A stretch of DNA of 64,000 nucleotides from Amoebophrya sp. A120 (GCA_905178155.1 CAJINV010000004.1:5744828-5808827), one strand, 5' to 3'. Counted from the first letter of the stretch, positions 22,973-37,900 are shown. Translations and numbers: made by a program. The notes: a model not told the origin generated them from the letters alone.

Positions 22973-25900
22973 TTATGAAGCAGAAGAAGAAGCCACTGGT
23001 TTCGGTTCGCCAGCCGCCACCGTTTGCCGGAAGCCGGGGTCAAAACGTATCCTGTGTAAAAACGTCCCCACCCCAGAGTTGTCATGCAAATCTGCATGCT
23101 CAAAATGTTTGTCATGCGGAGACACATGAGAAGCATTTTTTGGTCGTATTTTGGAATTTGTAATGCGCCAATCAGAATGATATACTAGATCTGTGATGCT
23201 GCTGAACTACCTCAAACAGCACTACGCTGCGATTCCAAATTTGTCATGCAAAACAGCCAAATTTCGTGGACTTGTCTAGCCGATTCCCCATCTTGACTCT
23301 GGTATGGGGATGCTTTTACTCAGGATAAAACGCGCCAGTTCCTCCTCCATGATTCGGATCTTCGATTCCAGCACCGGTTCGTCCTTTATGCGGGCCCTGT
23401 ACTTTTTCCTGGCGCACATCCAGAACGCCAAGATGCAGGCCTTGTCTTCCCGAACGTTGCTCATGCCGTAGCCGCACGCGAAGTCTTTGGGGGCTTTCCC
23501 CGCGTCGAAGCAGAGGCCGTGGTTGCTCTCCCGCGGATTCCGCTCGTACAGGTAGCGGAACTCGGGCGGGTGCAGGGCGCGCCACTCCGTGTCTTATGCA
23601 CTGCAAAAGTATCGTACTCGTAGTGATTGCAGTTATGCAGGATAAATACCTTTGCCAACCTGCATCAGCGTTACAAATGACACTTTTGCTCTTGCCAAAT
23701 AAAATTTGTAATGCAATTCCTACTAGTTCTTGTACAAGTACGATAATTTTGCAATGCATATGTCCTTCGGGTCGTTGATGTTGTTGTCGGCCTGGTTATG
23801 AAAGTGCACAACTCCCCCTCCCCCTCATTTCTATTGCATGAACAGGAATACAAGCGTCAGGGTCAGCAAGAATACAGGATTTGCATGACAAATTATTTGG
23901 ACAGGACTGTATCTCTATTTGGGCTGCCAAAACTTGTCATGCAAACAGTGCCAAGCGTCAAGGCCCTTAGTTAGGCACTTTGCATGACAAATGAGGGGGA
24001 GGGGGAGTTGTGCACTCTCATACTGGTCGATCAGGTGGTACAGCTCGTGAAAATATGCCATGCAAATACTTTCTATGTCTGCTGGGTAGGTTGGATGAAA
24101 GCACGCGATTGGTCACGCTGAGTTTTACGTAACAAAGCGGCCTTGTGCTAGTCGTGTAGGTCATGAACGCATAGAGTACAAGTTTTTCGGGAGCCGCCGT
24201 GACGATCGAATACGAATTCCACCGTCTTTTGCATGACAAAGACAGACTGCATGTTTATTCGAGCACGACAGAAAGACAGTCCCCAATGCTTTCATGCGTC
24301 ACAGATATCAACCGCCACATACAAAGCTCAACATCAGAAATCCAAACAGCCCCCCCACGGAAACACGGCAATATTTGCGACGCCTAGGTAAAACGTGTCC
24401 TTGTTTAGACAGTATCCGAAGGCAAGCCACATCTTGCGGCTGCCCGCCAATTATCCTGTGCGAAAGGATCGGACTCGTACTAATCGCATTCATGCATTAC
24501 AAATTTCCTTCTCAGGTTAAATCCGCATTAAAAATTTTCTTTCTTATGCTGAGGAAGTTTGTCATGCGATTTTTTTTTGCGATTTGTACTAGTACGATGC
24601 TTTTGCATTTGATACCAATCCGGCGCAGGGCCCGAAGGACTTCATCGCCAATTTGTTGGTCACGATAATTTGGTCCAGGACCTTTTTCTCGCGGAGGAAG
24701 GACAGGGGAAGCAGACGCACGATGTTCAACAAGGAATTCGGCTGCGTCGGGTCCAATAGTTCCTCGCACTGCGCCAACGTCAGCGGGTTGCCCGTGATGC
24801 CATGGGAGTTCCCGGGCACGTTTTCGTATGCAATGCAAAAGCATCGTACTCCTATTCGTACCAATTGCAGTCATGCATCACAAATATTTTTCCTAAGGTC
24901 AATAAGCATTACAAATTCCATTTTTCATGCTGAGGAAATTTGTGATGCAAGTCATACTAGTACCATACTTTTGCAGTGCATATTTCGAGCACGGTCGACG
25001 GGTCGTCTTCGCGATTGATGTGGAGCTCGATGCCAAACATCTCTTTTATGGAAAGATTCTCAAACCACTTACATTGACTACGTATTAGATTACAGATGAA
25101 TTTGTGACGCCTGATGTTGACTAGCAAAAGTGGAAGGGGGTGGAGGCTTGCACATCTTGCATATGAAGATGTGGCAAGATTTTCGATTACATTCAGCGCA
25201 TAAAAAACGAAAACTAGTCATGCGAACGCGAAGTGGCTTGATCGTTTGGAGGGCCACGCGAGGGTGATAGCGATTTTGCATGACAAATCATGTATATTTA
25301 TAGAGTGACTAATGTAAGAACGTTTGAGAGCGCCATATCTTCGAACTTCGCAATCCGGTCCATCGGCTCCATGGCCTTCACCTAAGTAAAGGAGGAGCAG
25401 TTTCTTTCATGAGGTTAAACCCATACCTGAATACTTACTTGAAAAATGACAATTGTGGACGAGAGACCTTAGTCTTAGTGCGAGTTCGTCCGATGGGAAA
25501 ATGACAAAGAAAAAAACAAAGAAAAACAACTAGAGCTACTTCTAATATCGCTATATAAATGCAATATATGGCACTTATACGTCGTCCAGCGGAATGTGCT
25601 GCGGGCCGGTGCCGTTTTTGGTTTCGTCGTTATGGAAGCGTCAGGATTGAAATTGACAAAGTTGAAATGATTTGTCATGCATAAAATGAATGCCAATTGG
25701 AACCCAGTTTCCAAGTGGCGCATGACAAATTTTGGTGGTCGTTAAATCCAGTTTGTCATGCTGTTTAGGCAAAGAAGACTGATTTTCTCATGCTACTTTA
25801 GCAGCTCGAGCTCTAACCCCAAACAGGCTCACAATCGGCCCCACTTGCCTGCTCTGCAACACACGTGCCTCGCGTCATGATGCATTTTCTGCATTACAAA

Positions 25901-28900
25901 TCATTTCAACTTTGACGATTTCAAAGCTGACGCTTCCATAGTCGTCATCCGAGTTGTATTCGTTCTCTCCGGAATCTATCAAATGTAAAAATGTCTGGGT
26001 CTGGAAGAATGCAACTTGTGATGCTGCGTTTGGATTCCAAAAAAATCTGTATTGCATGAGTACCAAAGGGAATGCTATTTTTGCTACGCTATCGCATCGC
26101 TTTGACATTTGACTCCTGTCAGGGTGGCGCTAGAACAGATTTAGCCTCTGCCAATACCGTGGCGTTAGAACAGATTTAGCCTCTGCCAATACCCCTAGGT
26201 GGACACCCGTTCCACGTCCTACAGGTACCACCCGACCGCATCCGCCGAACCGCTTGCGATTGCTTACGCATGAGTACGGCCAGTGGGCGCTAGATGTGGC
26301 TGACCTGATTTACCATCCAAGCCCTCGAGCAAGGTGGAGCCCCAGTGTTGCCTTGTTGGGTTATTCTTACAAACATTGAACGCTACAGCTTCTGTGGTCG
26401 GTTGCGCGCTAGGTATACAGGGGGTCTATTGGTCACACACGTTGACCCTATTACGATGACGGGCAACCCCAAAGCATGCCCCTTTCAAGCACTTTACCGA
26501 CCTGCATCCGCGCACCCTTTTTATGCGCATAGGTAGAATCGGACATTGAAGCTCCGCGTTAGCAGAGCCGCCACCGCGCCCGCCCCGGGGGGACCCCTTG
26601 GGGAAGGGGGGTGCTGCCTTAGCGCAGTCTTTAAATTAGCAACCCTGTTCCCACCTACTAGTAAAAGGGACGCGCTGACGACGACGGGATAGCAGTGCCG
26701 TGCCTATTGGCTGGCGAGGACGAGATGATTAGCAGCGCCGTGCCTTTCAGCTGGCGGAAACGGAGCCCTTGCAGGCTAGCTGATACGACCAAGGGAGCCA
26801 CTTTTTCTTTCTTTTTCTTTCCTCTGCTTCCTCTTCCCTCCGCCGACACCCAGAACACTGCTCCCCCATTTTTCGCCCTTCTGTTTCGTTCTCTTTCTTT
26901 CCTTTCATTATTTTCAACATCTCTTTCATCATCGTTTCTCAGTGCGTGTTCCTAAACATCTGGGCTAACTCTTCCTGTAATGAATTATCACGCTTCAGTC
27001 TTTTCATAGATCTCCTTTCTTCCTGCCGTTTGCGCTCCTCCTCCCGTTCTGCTGCCTCTTCGCGGTCCCGCTTCCGGTCCCTCTCGTTCAGCTCCTCCAG
27101 TGTTGGAAATCTTTCCTCTTCCTTTTTATCTTCTTTTTCCCCCACTGTTTCGCTTATGTCTTTGGCGATTTTCTTTCTCAGACTTCCTGATCTCCCCTCT
27201 CCGCCTGGTTCTTCTGCTTCTCGTGATGTCATTTCTATCTCCTCCTCCTCCTCTGCCACTTGGCGCACTTGCTGCGTGTTCTTCTCTTGTCGCGTCACAT
27301 CTCCTGCGACTTCTTTTTTCGCTGTTTTCTGTTCTTTCGAGATTTCCCTCTTAGGCAGTTTTCCTCCTGGCCCCCCTATCGTAATTTTTTGGATCATCTC
27401 CCGCGTTGCCTCCTCCGGTCCTTGATCCTTATAATATCCCATGCCAAAGCGCCCGAGTTTGTACACGTATCCTGAGCGGCTTCCCTGGTACTCCTGCGCC
27501 GGGGAGAAATACACAGCTTCTTCTATTTCGTTCTCTTCTTCTTCTTTTGATTCCTTTCGCTCTTCTGTTATTTCCGGCACGTCCCTCCTGTTGCTGCTGC
27601 TCGACGTCGCGCGAGATTCTAATGGACCGTCTACGGCTGTTTCTAGTAGGTCTGTGGCTCTTCCTATTATGTCCAGCGCCCTCTGCAGCATTTCGCTTCC
27701 TTCTTTCTGTGCTTTTATCTTTTCCCCTTCTACCATTTTTCTGATTGTTTCTGCTAATGACCCGCTGACTATCTCCCTGCTCGTGTCTGTCGTCGCAGTG
27801 TTCCCTTTGGGGCCTTTTTCGCAGCGAGCTTTCCCCTTCGCACTGCTACTTGCCCCCTTCCCCTTCCTCTCTCCTGTGCTGCCTTTCCTTCTGTCGTCCT
27901 CGCCGTTACCACCTCCCTCCTCCACTTTCTGCCCGTCTTTCTTTTCGTCTCCTATAATCTTCCGGCAGATGTACGCTTGTCTTTCTATTTTTGACATTTC
28001 CGGCCATTCCCAGATCGGTTTTGTCGGTGCATTTTTTTCGCCGAAATCGTACTGAACCCATTCAGCATATTCATCATCATGCTTCGACACGTTTGCCACC
28101 CTTAAGGGTATCACTTCTGTATAGCCCCCATGTGCTTCACTTTTTGCGAGGGTTTTTGGCGCGTTCTGCTTCCCCCAGCGCCTGACTATTGTTAAGCCCG
28201 GAATCTGTTCCTCTGCTTTTTCTATTTCCTCCTGCAGCTCTAACGCTATCCCTTGCTCTTTCCGCAGAAGCCCCCGCGTTTTCTCTTTCATCTCGTCGTA
28301 ATCCAGCAAGCACGCGCACACTCCTCCACTCCCTTCGTGTTGCTGTTTCTTCACCATCTCTATTGCTCTTATGGCGTTATTGCAATACGCTACGAATTTT
28401 CGCTCTTCTGTCCTAGCTTCTGTCTTTAGGTGGTCCTGCCTCGTTTCAATTGTTGCCATGTGTTCTTCTTTCCCCTTCCATTCCTCTACTGTTACCATCG
28501 TAGCTTCTTCTTTGTCCGTGTGTTTTACCCATATTTTCGTCATGTAGTCACTCTGCCCTTTCTTGCCTTTCCCCCCTTGTCTTATTTTGTCCGCAAGCAG
28601 ACTCCTGTCGCATCTGTACACGTGCTGGCTTTGTACCATCTGCGGTTTTGCTTTGTTAGTTTTTCTTACTATTCCTACCCCCCGCAGGTCGCTCCCCGCA
28701 GACAACCTCACCGATGCTCCGTCTCTGAGTGCTTGCAGTAGTGCTATGTCAGCTTCTATTCTCTTCATTATTTTTCTTTCCACAGCTCTTGCTATTCCTG
28801 CCTTCGATTCCCCCACTACTTTGAGTGGCATTGTTGCCATTTGGATGAAACCCCCCGGGTCTGTCAAGTAGTTTGCTTGGGCTGTTGCTCTTAGTGTTTT

Positions 28901-31900
28901 CAGCCCCAGCGTGAAAGGGTCTGTAATTCCTAGCATATTCGCCCCGAAAACTACGCGGTAGAAAGTTTCTGCATTTGTGTTCGTCTTTCTCATCAGTTCT
29001 TCCACCGTTTCCTCTGTCATCCCTATCGTCTCTGCTATTGTTAGCGATATTTCTCCTAGCATTGTCGCCCAGTCCTGCATGTCGAAATAGAGCTGCATCA
29101 CCGGTAGAAAGTATATCATCGACGACACAAAGAACACTTGGACTATCCACGCCAGCTCCTCCCCCTCTAGCTTTTTCCGTCTTGACATTACCTGGTAGGC
29201 CAGGTGCTGCCCTATTCCTATGCTCTGCTGAACTTGGCTCCTGAGAGCCTTGCGCTGTCCCTCCTTGTTCGTTGGCACTATCCTTATTCCTAAGATCTTC
29301 AGGAAGTCCTTCTCTTCGAACATTATTCCAAAAGGCTGGAAAGCCTGCCGCAGAATGCTGATTTTCGCAGGGTCTTTCAGCGACGTGGCAAATTCACACT
29401 TCAGGGGCGCCAGAAATTGCCCTTCTGTTTCATAGATTTTTTGGCACGCCCAGCTTGCTGCTCTCAATGCTGCCGCTACCACTTCTATATCTTCTACAAA
29501 AAACTTCAGGACAGTGGTCCCGTCGTCCACATATTGAACCGCTAGGGCCCATTTTCTCTTGTTGTCATGCGGGAGCTTTCCCATGTAGTGCCGAAATTCC
29601 GTCTTTCTTGCTTTTTCGCCCTTTTTCTCTTTCCCTTGCCCTGTTGTGACTTTTTCTCCTCTCCTATATCCCGTTACTGGTGGGCCGGCCTCCTTTTGGT
29701 ATATTTCGCCCACCTCCGTCCGGTGGTCGTAGTCCCGAAAACTTGTGTCTATGTCCCCTCCCTTGTATAGCCTTGCTATTCTCGCGCGCAGCTTAGCCTC
29801 TGCTTTCTGCAGTCTTTCTCTATTTGTTCTCCCTTCTTCATCAAAAACTTCTTCCAAGAATTCTGCTACAATTTCTACGCCCGGGAGAAACATCAGAGTC
29901 CCCCCGAGCATCGTCTCCACTGCGCCCTGGATGAGCTCTCTATGTCTGACTACGTGGCCGTAGCAATCCCCATTTCTTATCCATAGGTCTTTTGTCCACG
30001 CTGTTACTATTATCAGCTTTATAAAGCACGGGTCGCGGAGAGCCAGCCCCGGCGGGCGACTGCCTACATTCCCGCTATTTTTTGAACCGCCCAAGCCCTA
30101 GCCTGGGCGAGCAAGCCCGCCCCGGGCAATAGGCCGAGGCGGGCAACCCTTGCCGGGGACACAGGCGGGGCGCGGGCGACTTGCAGAACGCAGACGCCTG
30201 AGCCCATCGCCGAAGACCCGCCAGAAAGGCGCAGTGGCGAAGCAATTGCGCCGCCAACCCTTTCAGCCGTTCTTGACCACGTCCCGAAATTTTCTAAGTT
30301 TGCGCCTAAATTTCAGAGCAACGGCCGACATAGGCAAAATCGCACGCAAATTGCCCAACTGGGCAAATTAGACAAAAAATAGACAGCAGCCGAAGCGGCC
30401 AAGGCCGCTGCTTAGACAGAAATTAGAGGCGGCAAAGACCGCGAATATAGACAGGAAAATAGACAAAAAAATAGACAGGAAAATAGACAAGAAATTAGAC
30501 AAAAACTTAGACAAAAACTTAGACAGGAAATTAGACAAGAAATTAAACAAAAACTTAGACAAGAAATTAGCGCCCCCGCAAGAGCGCCGACTGTAGGAAA
30601 ATTAGCGCGAAAATAAAGAGCCTGGCGCCGGGGGCGGCTCTGTGCGACACGGGCGCAGCTTTGCTGTTCTGTATGCTTCTACTGCTCTCGGTATTCCAAT
30701 GCTGTTGAAGTAATTGGATGCATCTAGCCCGAACGCAATTGCTTCCTGCTTACTTCTTTCCTCTCCCTTTTTTTCTTGTGCTTCCTTCTGTTTCTCTACC
30801 CCACCGCCTTCGTGGCATGTCTGTAATACCTGTAGCGCTGTCGCTTGGCAGCTAGCCCCTGGCTTTGACGCCGATCCACACCTTGTAAACGCATCACTTT
30901 TGTCGGCTACGCGCGCCATTTCGAAGACTACCACGCTGAGCAGCACTCGCATGATCGCTGTCCCCTGTATCACCGTCCGGATTTTTTCTATTGCCGTCGT
31001 TGCTGCTGTCTGCTTTTTCAACAGTTCTACCTGCACCGCGTTCAGGTGCTCTTCCAGCAACGCCGGCTGATTTTTCTTTGCGCTTTGCTTCATTTCGAAT
31101 TCCTCTCCCTCTTTTAAGAATCTATTAAACACCTCCGCCAGGATCTCATATTGCTCCGGCGTGAGTGCTTTATAAATTTCCATCCTGAGGCCGTCCATAC
31201 CGGCGGCCTCAGGATTGAGTCTTTTTACGTGTTCCTTTAACTGTGGGCCGGTAAAGCGTAGGCTTTTGACCTCCCTGCATGCTTGCGTTAGCTGCCCCAG
31301 TGCTTTCGCTAGCTCCTTTGCGTCATAGGTGTGCTTCTTTCCGTTCTCCTTCCTCGTGGGTTCACACTTTAGCAGGTGGCTGCTAGCGATCCTCTCCGTC
31401 GCTGCCTCTACCCCTTTCACTAGTATTCCGCCTACTGTCACTTCTTTTGCCTCTCCCATTGGCATTCCCCTTCCTACTCCACATATCGCTTCTTTTACTT
31501 TTCTTGCTGTTTCGTATATTTCCTTTTCCGTCTTTTGCCCCTTTTTTGGCATTTGCGGAAATGACTGCGCCCACTCCTTTTCGGCTGTCTCCGCCTTTTC
31601 TTTTTCCTCTTCGCCTTGCTCTCCTTCTTCTTGCTTTATGTTTTTCTCTTCTTTCCGCTTCTCTCTATTTTGCTTCTGCCATTGAGCCTTAAGCTTCCCT
31701 CCCTTTTCTACTTTTTGCACCTTGAGGACCCCCGCCTCGTTCAGTTTGTCCATGAGCCATTTCTGTACTCCCAGCATTGTTCTCCGCTCTGTTGGTATTG
31801 TCCCTGCTTTTTCCATCGTCTCCTGAAGCCTTTCTAGTGTTATCGATTTCCGCGGCCACTTCGCCACCTGTCTCACCGGGTTGGCTTTTTGGAATTTTCT

Positions 31901-34900
31901 CATCCCCCTGATTATTTCTATTCTCCCTTTTGCGCTTTCCACCGTCGGCGCCACGAGTGAGCGCCGTGCGTTGAAGGCCCATCGCTTCTGTTCTTTCGCT
32001 TGCTTTTCTTTTTGCACTTCCCCTATGCACTTCGGGGGCGGTATCCATACCACGTCTGCAAGTAGAGCTACGTGGTCCGACTCCTCCTCCTGATTTTCAT
32101 CTTGTTCCTGATTCTGATCCTCGTCCTGTTTTACCTCTTGCGGTATCTGCACCCTCTCGCAAACTTTCGCCACCACCCTGCCCTTTTTTCCTGCTATTGC
32201 CATGAAGTCAATCGTAGTTGGGTTTTCTTGGCTGCGGTAGCATGTTGGCCCTCCTGTTGGCAGTGTCTCCGCATGCTTGTTCAGCATGTTTTCTAATGGC
32301 TTTATCACCTCCTCGAAATAAATCTTCTGCGCCCCTGTTTTTTCTCTTTCAAGTTTTATCTTTCCTCTTTCTTCTATTGCGTACTGACAGTTCAGGCCTC
32401 CCGTCATTATTGCCATTCCGCATTCTTCTATCATTTTTTCGAGCTTTGCGGTCATTTCTGCCATTTGCTTGCGAATAAACATCGCCTCTTCGCTGTCTTT
32501 TATGGGTGCGTCCTTTGCTGGCCTGCGGTAGAAGACCACGACCAGCATTCCTCTTTCGTCTTGCGCTGCTACCATCCATAGCAAAGCGTCCTCTTTATTG
32601 GTTATGCCTTTCCGCAGGAATGTCCCTCCCATATCTTTCCGAAGTATCTCCGCGCTATATATACTGTCAGGCAGCCTCTTTGGCTCTTCTATGTATATCA
32701 CCCCCACTGCCCCCGCATTGAGTTCCGCGGCCACTTTTTTCATATTTGTCGCCGCCGCAAAGTACACTGCCGGTCTCGTGTCTGGAATCCCCAACGCCTT
32801 CCGTTCCTCTTCAACGTGTTGGAAAGCTGCTTGCTCGTCTGTTAGCGCTGCTACTTTGAGCTCTGCGCAGCTGGCTCCTGTTAGCCTTGGCGTTATCTTT
32901 GTGTTTGCTTTTAGCAGACGTAGCGCATTTCGCCGCTTTACTCCATTTATGTTCCAGAAAGGGTGGCGCTCCCGCCTCATTTCTTCGCTTCCGTCTTCTC
33001 TTTCTTTTTTCTCATCTAGTTCGTCTCCTTCCTGCTCGTCTGCTCCCTCCTCTTCTGTTATTTCTCTCTCGTCTTCGCTTTTTTCTTCTCTATCTCCTCC
33101 CAGTCCGTTTCCTTCTTTTTCTTCTTTTTTGTTTCTTCTGTTACTGTTTTCCTGCCACCCTCTTCTTTCTTCATTTCTTGTCCCGCTCGACTCCTCTTCT
33201 TCTCGTGGCAGTAGCGTCTCCTCCTTCGCGATCTTCATGCCCTCCATTTTTGCCATTCTGTCTTATTTCTTCTATTCTCAGTTAGGCTGCCTACTAACTT
33301 ATATAATTAGTTACTCGCTACCGCTTTCATTGGGTTAGTCCTTCTAAGCGTAGCGCTCTGCTCTACTTACCTTCTACACTCTATATCTATCTACAAACTC
33401 TCTCGCTAGTCGAAGTCACTCTATCACGTCTACTAAGCTTTCCAGTCTTCCTTCTATGGTCGCTGTGGGTGTTTTTTGGCAATTTAGATTCTTCCGCTCG
33501 CGATCTGTCGAACGCTTTTTCGTTTGGAGATCAGTCTTTCTTTGTTCTTCAGTATTTTATAGCGTTAGGCTCTCCTTTCTTTTTATGTCTGCCTCTGTAT
33601 AGCGGAGCTGCTGTTATCATTCCTTCTGTCCCTCATTCTGCCGCCTCGTTCTATTCTGCCGCTGACTCTGCTTCCGAGTTGCTTCCTTCCCTTTTTTCTT
33701 TTCTTTTTTCTTTCTTTTTTCCCAAACGCTCCGCCCTTTGTGCTCTGCTTTCATTTTTTCGCGTTTCCTTCATCCTTTTCGTTTGAGCTTCTGCTGCTCT
33801 TTGTATTCTCTTCTTTTCGTGTTCCATTCTCTCCGTCCGCGAGAGCTCGACCAAGGCCGCGCTTCCTTTATACGATTTCGTCGCTATCAACTCTCTTGCT
33901 CTTTCTTGCCATCTGGCATATTCCTCATCGGATTCGAGCGCTGTAGCTAGGCGCTTTCGCGCATTTTTTGATGTTGTATTCTTTGCGTCTTTTATTTCTT
34001 GGCTCTTCTTCTCTTCTTTCCTTTTCTTTTTTTTCTTCTTTTCCTTTTCTCGCCATCTTCTCATATAGTCTCCGATGTGTATTTTCCACTGTATCCGGGA
34101 CATTCTCCGGAGGCGGACGATTCCGAGCGCTCTTTTCTTGTCCCTTTCATCCTCCACTTCCGCATTCGTCTCTTCGTCTTTTGTTGCTGCTGTGAAAAGC
34201 GCCCGCATCTTCTCCGCCCCTGCTTTCAGTCTCATCGCTTTCGCCATCTGCTGTCTCTGCTTTATTGTCAGCAGTTTACCCTCCGCATCCCTTTCAGGCG
34301 TTCTTCGCAGCCATTTAGTCATTGGCGTCTTCCTTTTTCTCCTTACTGCTGCTAAGTTTTTCAGTATCCGCGCGCTCATTTTCCCGCGCTTTTTATTGAT
34401 TTCCGCGATCGTCGTATCCGGCCTCGCGCGCGCCGTCACCTCCGTTTCCTTTCCTCGTTGGCTTATCAGCTCGTCTATCAGCATGCCGCCCCGCTCTTGC
34501 CGATCCTCTTCTTGGCTTTTTCTCTGTATCTCCAGAGCGTCCTTTCTCTTTTCATTTATTAGTGCCTCTAGCCAGTCCTCTGCTCTCCCGTCTTTCGTTG
34601 TGTTCGTTTTCTCTTCGTTCTGCGCCTCTTTCTTTTGTTTCTTCTCTCCTTCTATATTTGTCTTCGGCGGCGGCCTGAAACGCAGCGGGGCGATCTCCAT
34701 TTTGGATCTTTCTTCGTTTTGTTACAGCTCTCGGTCGCTACTATACTTCCGGTTCTATGCTAAAGATTTGGATCGTCAGCAATTTTCTAAATTTTTTCAC
34801 CTCCTTCTGCTTCCTGATTTTTCAACTCATTGCATTTAGAAGGTTTGCCCTGATCTTTTCGCTGCTGCCTGTTTTTCTGTTCCTGAGACACAACTATCTA

Positions 34901-37900
34901 ACGCATCTACCCCTTCCGTGAAGTAATGCGCCTGCCTACACGTTGTTTCATTTTCATGCATGCAAAGCCCACCACTGTTCCCGTTCATTCCTCTCCGTTC
35001 AACCACTGTATTTTGGGTGAGCCATAAAAAAGCCTCTTCATATTCCAAAAATGGTTCTCTGCTTGCTCTAACCCATTTGTCTAAGTTATTTTCGTCTCTG
35101 TTCTTCCCTTCGTCCGACTAGTCAGAGTCGTACTGCGGCTAACCCTGAGTGTAAAACTAAAGTCTAAATCTTCTCAAAACTAGTGCCTAGTAAGTGTCTC
35201 CGCCTCGTTTCTATCTCGCTTATGTCTGTCTTCTCCTTCCAGTCTCCTTCGGTATATCCCGTCGCTCATCCGCTATCCGCTCCTCGTTTGCCTGCTAGTA
35301 TTCGCCTCCGTTCATGCCCCACTGCATCCCGCTCCCGTGGTCCTGGTCTCCGTACCCTCCGTCACCTGTTCCTTTGCCGGTGATCTGCCAACTTTTTTCT
35401 TTTCCCCAGCCCCATCCCCCTTTTCCTCCTGCTTTGCCGTAGGGCATGCTTCTTTTTCCGCCTTTCGTGTGCCAGTGCTCCGCCCCTTCTTTTCCTCCGT
35501 ACGGGCCCGACTTGGGACCGAACATTGGGGGGGGGTAGTGAAACCATTCCGCGTCCCATCCATTCCCTTTTTTCATCTGTTCTTTCCCGTAATATCCCTG
35601 ATCGTTTTTCCCGGTACCCTCTCCCGCCAGTCCTTCGCTTCCGGCTGTATGGTCCGCCCCGGTTTCCTCGTCGTGCTCCTGATCCATCTGCGATTCCTCC
35701 TTCACTCTAGTTGCGGGGTGGGCTCCATTTCCTGTTTCGTTTTTCTCTTCTTTCTCGTCTTCCCCTTTCCCTCCTTCCTGTTGGTAGTAGAAGGCTTCGC
35801 CTTTTCCATCTTTGTTCTTCGCGAGACCTTTCCCGTAGCCTCCCCCTTTATCCGCTTCCCAGCCGTGGCAAAACTCTCCTCCCATCTTGTATTCGCAGTG
35901 CCCTTCACTTTCATTTTGGTAGTGGTACGCTTCTCCGCCCATGCCGGGGTAGTGTCCGTAGCCCGTTTCTTCGGGCCAGTAGTAGCCTTTTCCTTTTTTT
36001 CCGCTCTGGATCTGGTTCGACGTTCCCCAGTATCCCATCCCCCCTTTCCCTGCTTCTTTCTCCCATTCGATCGCCTTTTTCATTTCATTGCTCGGGCGGA
36101 GGTATTGGTCTTCTTTCCACTCCGTCACTTTTCCCGTCCCGATTTGTTTTTCATCGATCTGCTCTCCGGTGTCGCGGAACTCCTCGAACAAGTCGGCCAT
36201 AAGGGCGCCGTCCCCTTGGAGCATCAAAGTGCCGCTACTCCAGAACCTCACGATAGCCCGCTTTTCCATCCACAGCGCCGCAGCTGTTTTGTCGCATCCT
36301 TCTCGCGAATGCATTTGGATCGTATCCGGGTCCTGGTCCGTCAGCTGACCCAAGAACTCCATCAACTGTTCCGCTTCAATGTTTGCAAATTTTGCGTGAT
36401 TTTCTTTGTCGCGGCATGGGCCGGCCGTCGACTTCTTCTTACGTCCCCTCCCCATTTTCCTTCAATTTTTTTCGTTTCTTCTTTCTTCCCCCCTTCCTTC
36501 ACAGCCTCTACTACCTATCACTTGCGCTTTCTTCAGAAAGAATATAATGTCAACTATTGATACTCTTTATTCTAGTTGCGTGGCTATCGATAAACAAAGA
36601 ATGGCCCAAGGCTTCGCTCCAGCTCTATTCTTCTCAAAAAAAAAGATTCTGCCCTTTGTTGTCGCTGTTCGTCCTTTTTATTTATCATTGGGGGCATTTG
36701 CAAGAATTATTTCCGTCATTTCGCTATCTCTATCATTCTCTTTCGTCTTTTCTTGTTGTCGATCTTTCCGCTCATGCAAACGCCGATCGTTTATTGCAAT
36801 TCCATGCTCCTCGGTTTATCTTACCGCACCCCATCACCCGATGTCCTTCCTACCTAGAAGTACGGACGCGGCCTGCCGCGACGGCAGAGCACCCTTGAAG
36901 CGTGGGCAGAGCGTGCGCGCTGGTTTCCAAGGCTGAAACACAGAAGCGCTGTGCGCGGGGACAGGAAGGCAGGGGCAAAAAAGGGCGCAAGCAAGTTGTG
37001 TTCCGAGGCGCAGGTGGGGGCATGGTCCGCCGCCACATGCCAAGGCAGAGGAAAGGCACATTTGTCCGCGGGAGGACAGAGAAAGACGCAGCACGCAACA
37101 GGGTTGCGCAGCGCGATGGACATCTTGGCTTGGGTGCGCTCCTTGCTCGTTGCAAGGTTATTTCGATCCTCTTATTTTTTGCTGCCGCTGCTAGGATTTC
37201 TTGCTTCGCTTGTGATCCTTTTTGCATTTCGTTTCATCTGGGACCTGTCGCGAGGGAAGCGTTACTCTTACTCATTTTGATCCTTCGTCCCCGGCTTCAT
37301 ACTCGTCCTCGTGTGAAAAGTTTCGGCTCTCCTGGCTCAGCATCCTCGCCTTGTATTTTCAGGCACTGGCAGTTTTTTCTGCTTCGACTTCTTCTGCATC
37401 TCCTTATTTTTCATTTTTTCATCCTCAAAACACAACAACAAAAATAATTCAGTCTCTTATTCCCTCTTGTCCATACTTCGGCTCCTGAATTCAGATAATT
37501 AAGCTGCGAATTCTCGACGTCATGGGAGCTCTCACCTTCCCATTTGTTTTCATATTTCTTTATCCATGCCGTGCTTGCTTTTCGTGCTGCTGCCTCACTT
37601 GGTAGCGAAACAACAGCACTACTTTGCTGGCCTCGGAGGGAAATGCTTTTCGCTTCTTCGTATCTTCCATCTATTTTCGTTATGGGTAACGTCGGTCCGA
37701 ATTTGCGGTAGTGTCAAGCCCTTCGTGGTGAAGACGCGGCTGCTCCGCGCTGCAGTCCGTCTTGTACATATTTACCCTTCAGCTAACTTCTATTTTTTGC
37801 ACTAGCTTCCGTCTCTTCTTTATCCGCGTTTTGTGCCGACTGCTAGTGTACATCTTTTTTTTTTTTTTTTTTTTTTTTATATATATCCCTTTTTTTTTTT

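Noticed and set aside
24069-24420. Exact boundaries of a further intron in the peptidase gene
   Set aside because: Frame requires an intron of 3n+2 length. Candidate 24074-24373 plus 5 nt fits the frame, but its TIR and repeat are too weak to call.
30365-30605. Repeat array as a CRISPR-like locus
   Set aside because: Contiguous 12-bp units without unique spacers, no cas genes, eukaryotic context.
35337-36560. Long plus-strand ORFs (e.g. 35337-36560, 20044-20997, 32598-33338, 34075-34839, 54004-54660)
   Set aside because: Antisense shadows of purine-rich minus-strand genes, F/S/L-rich with no motifs.
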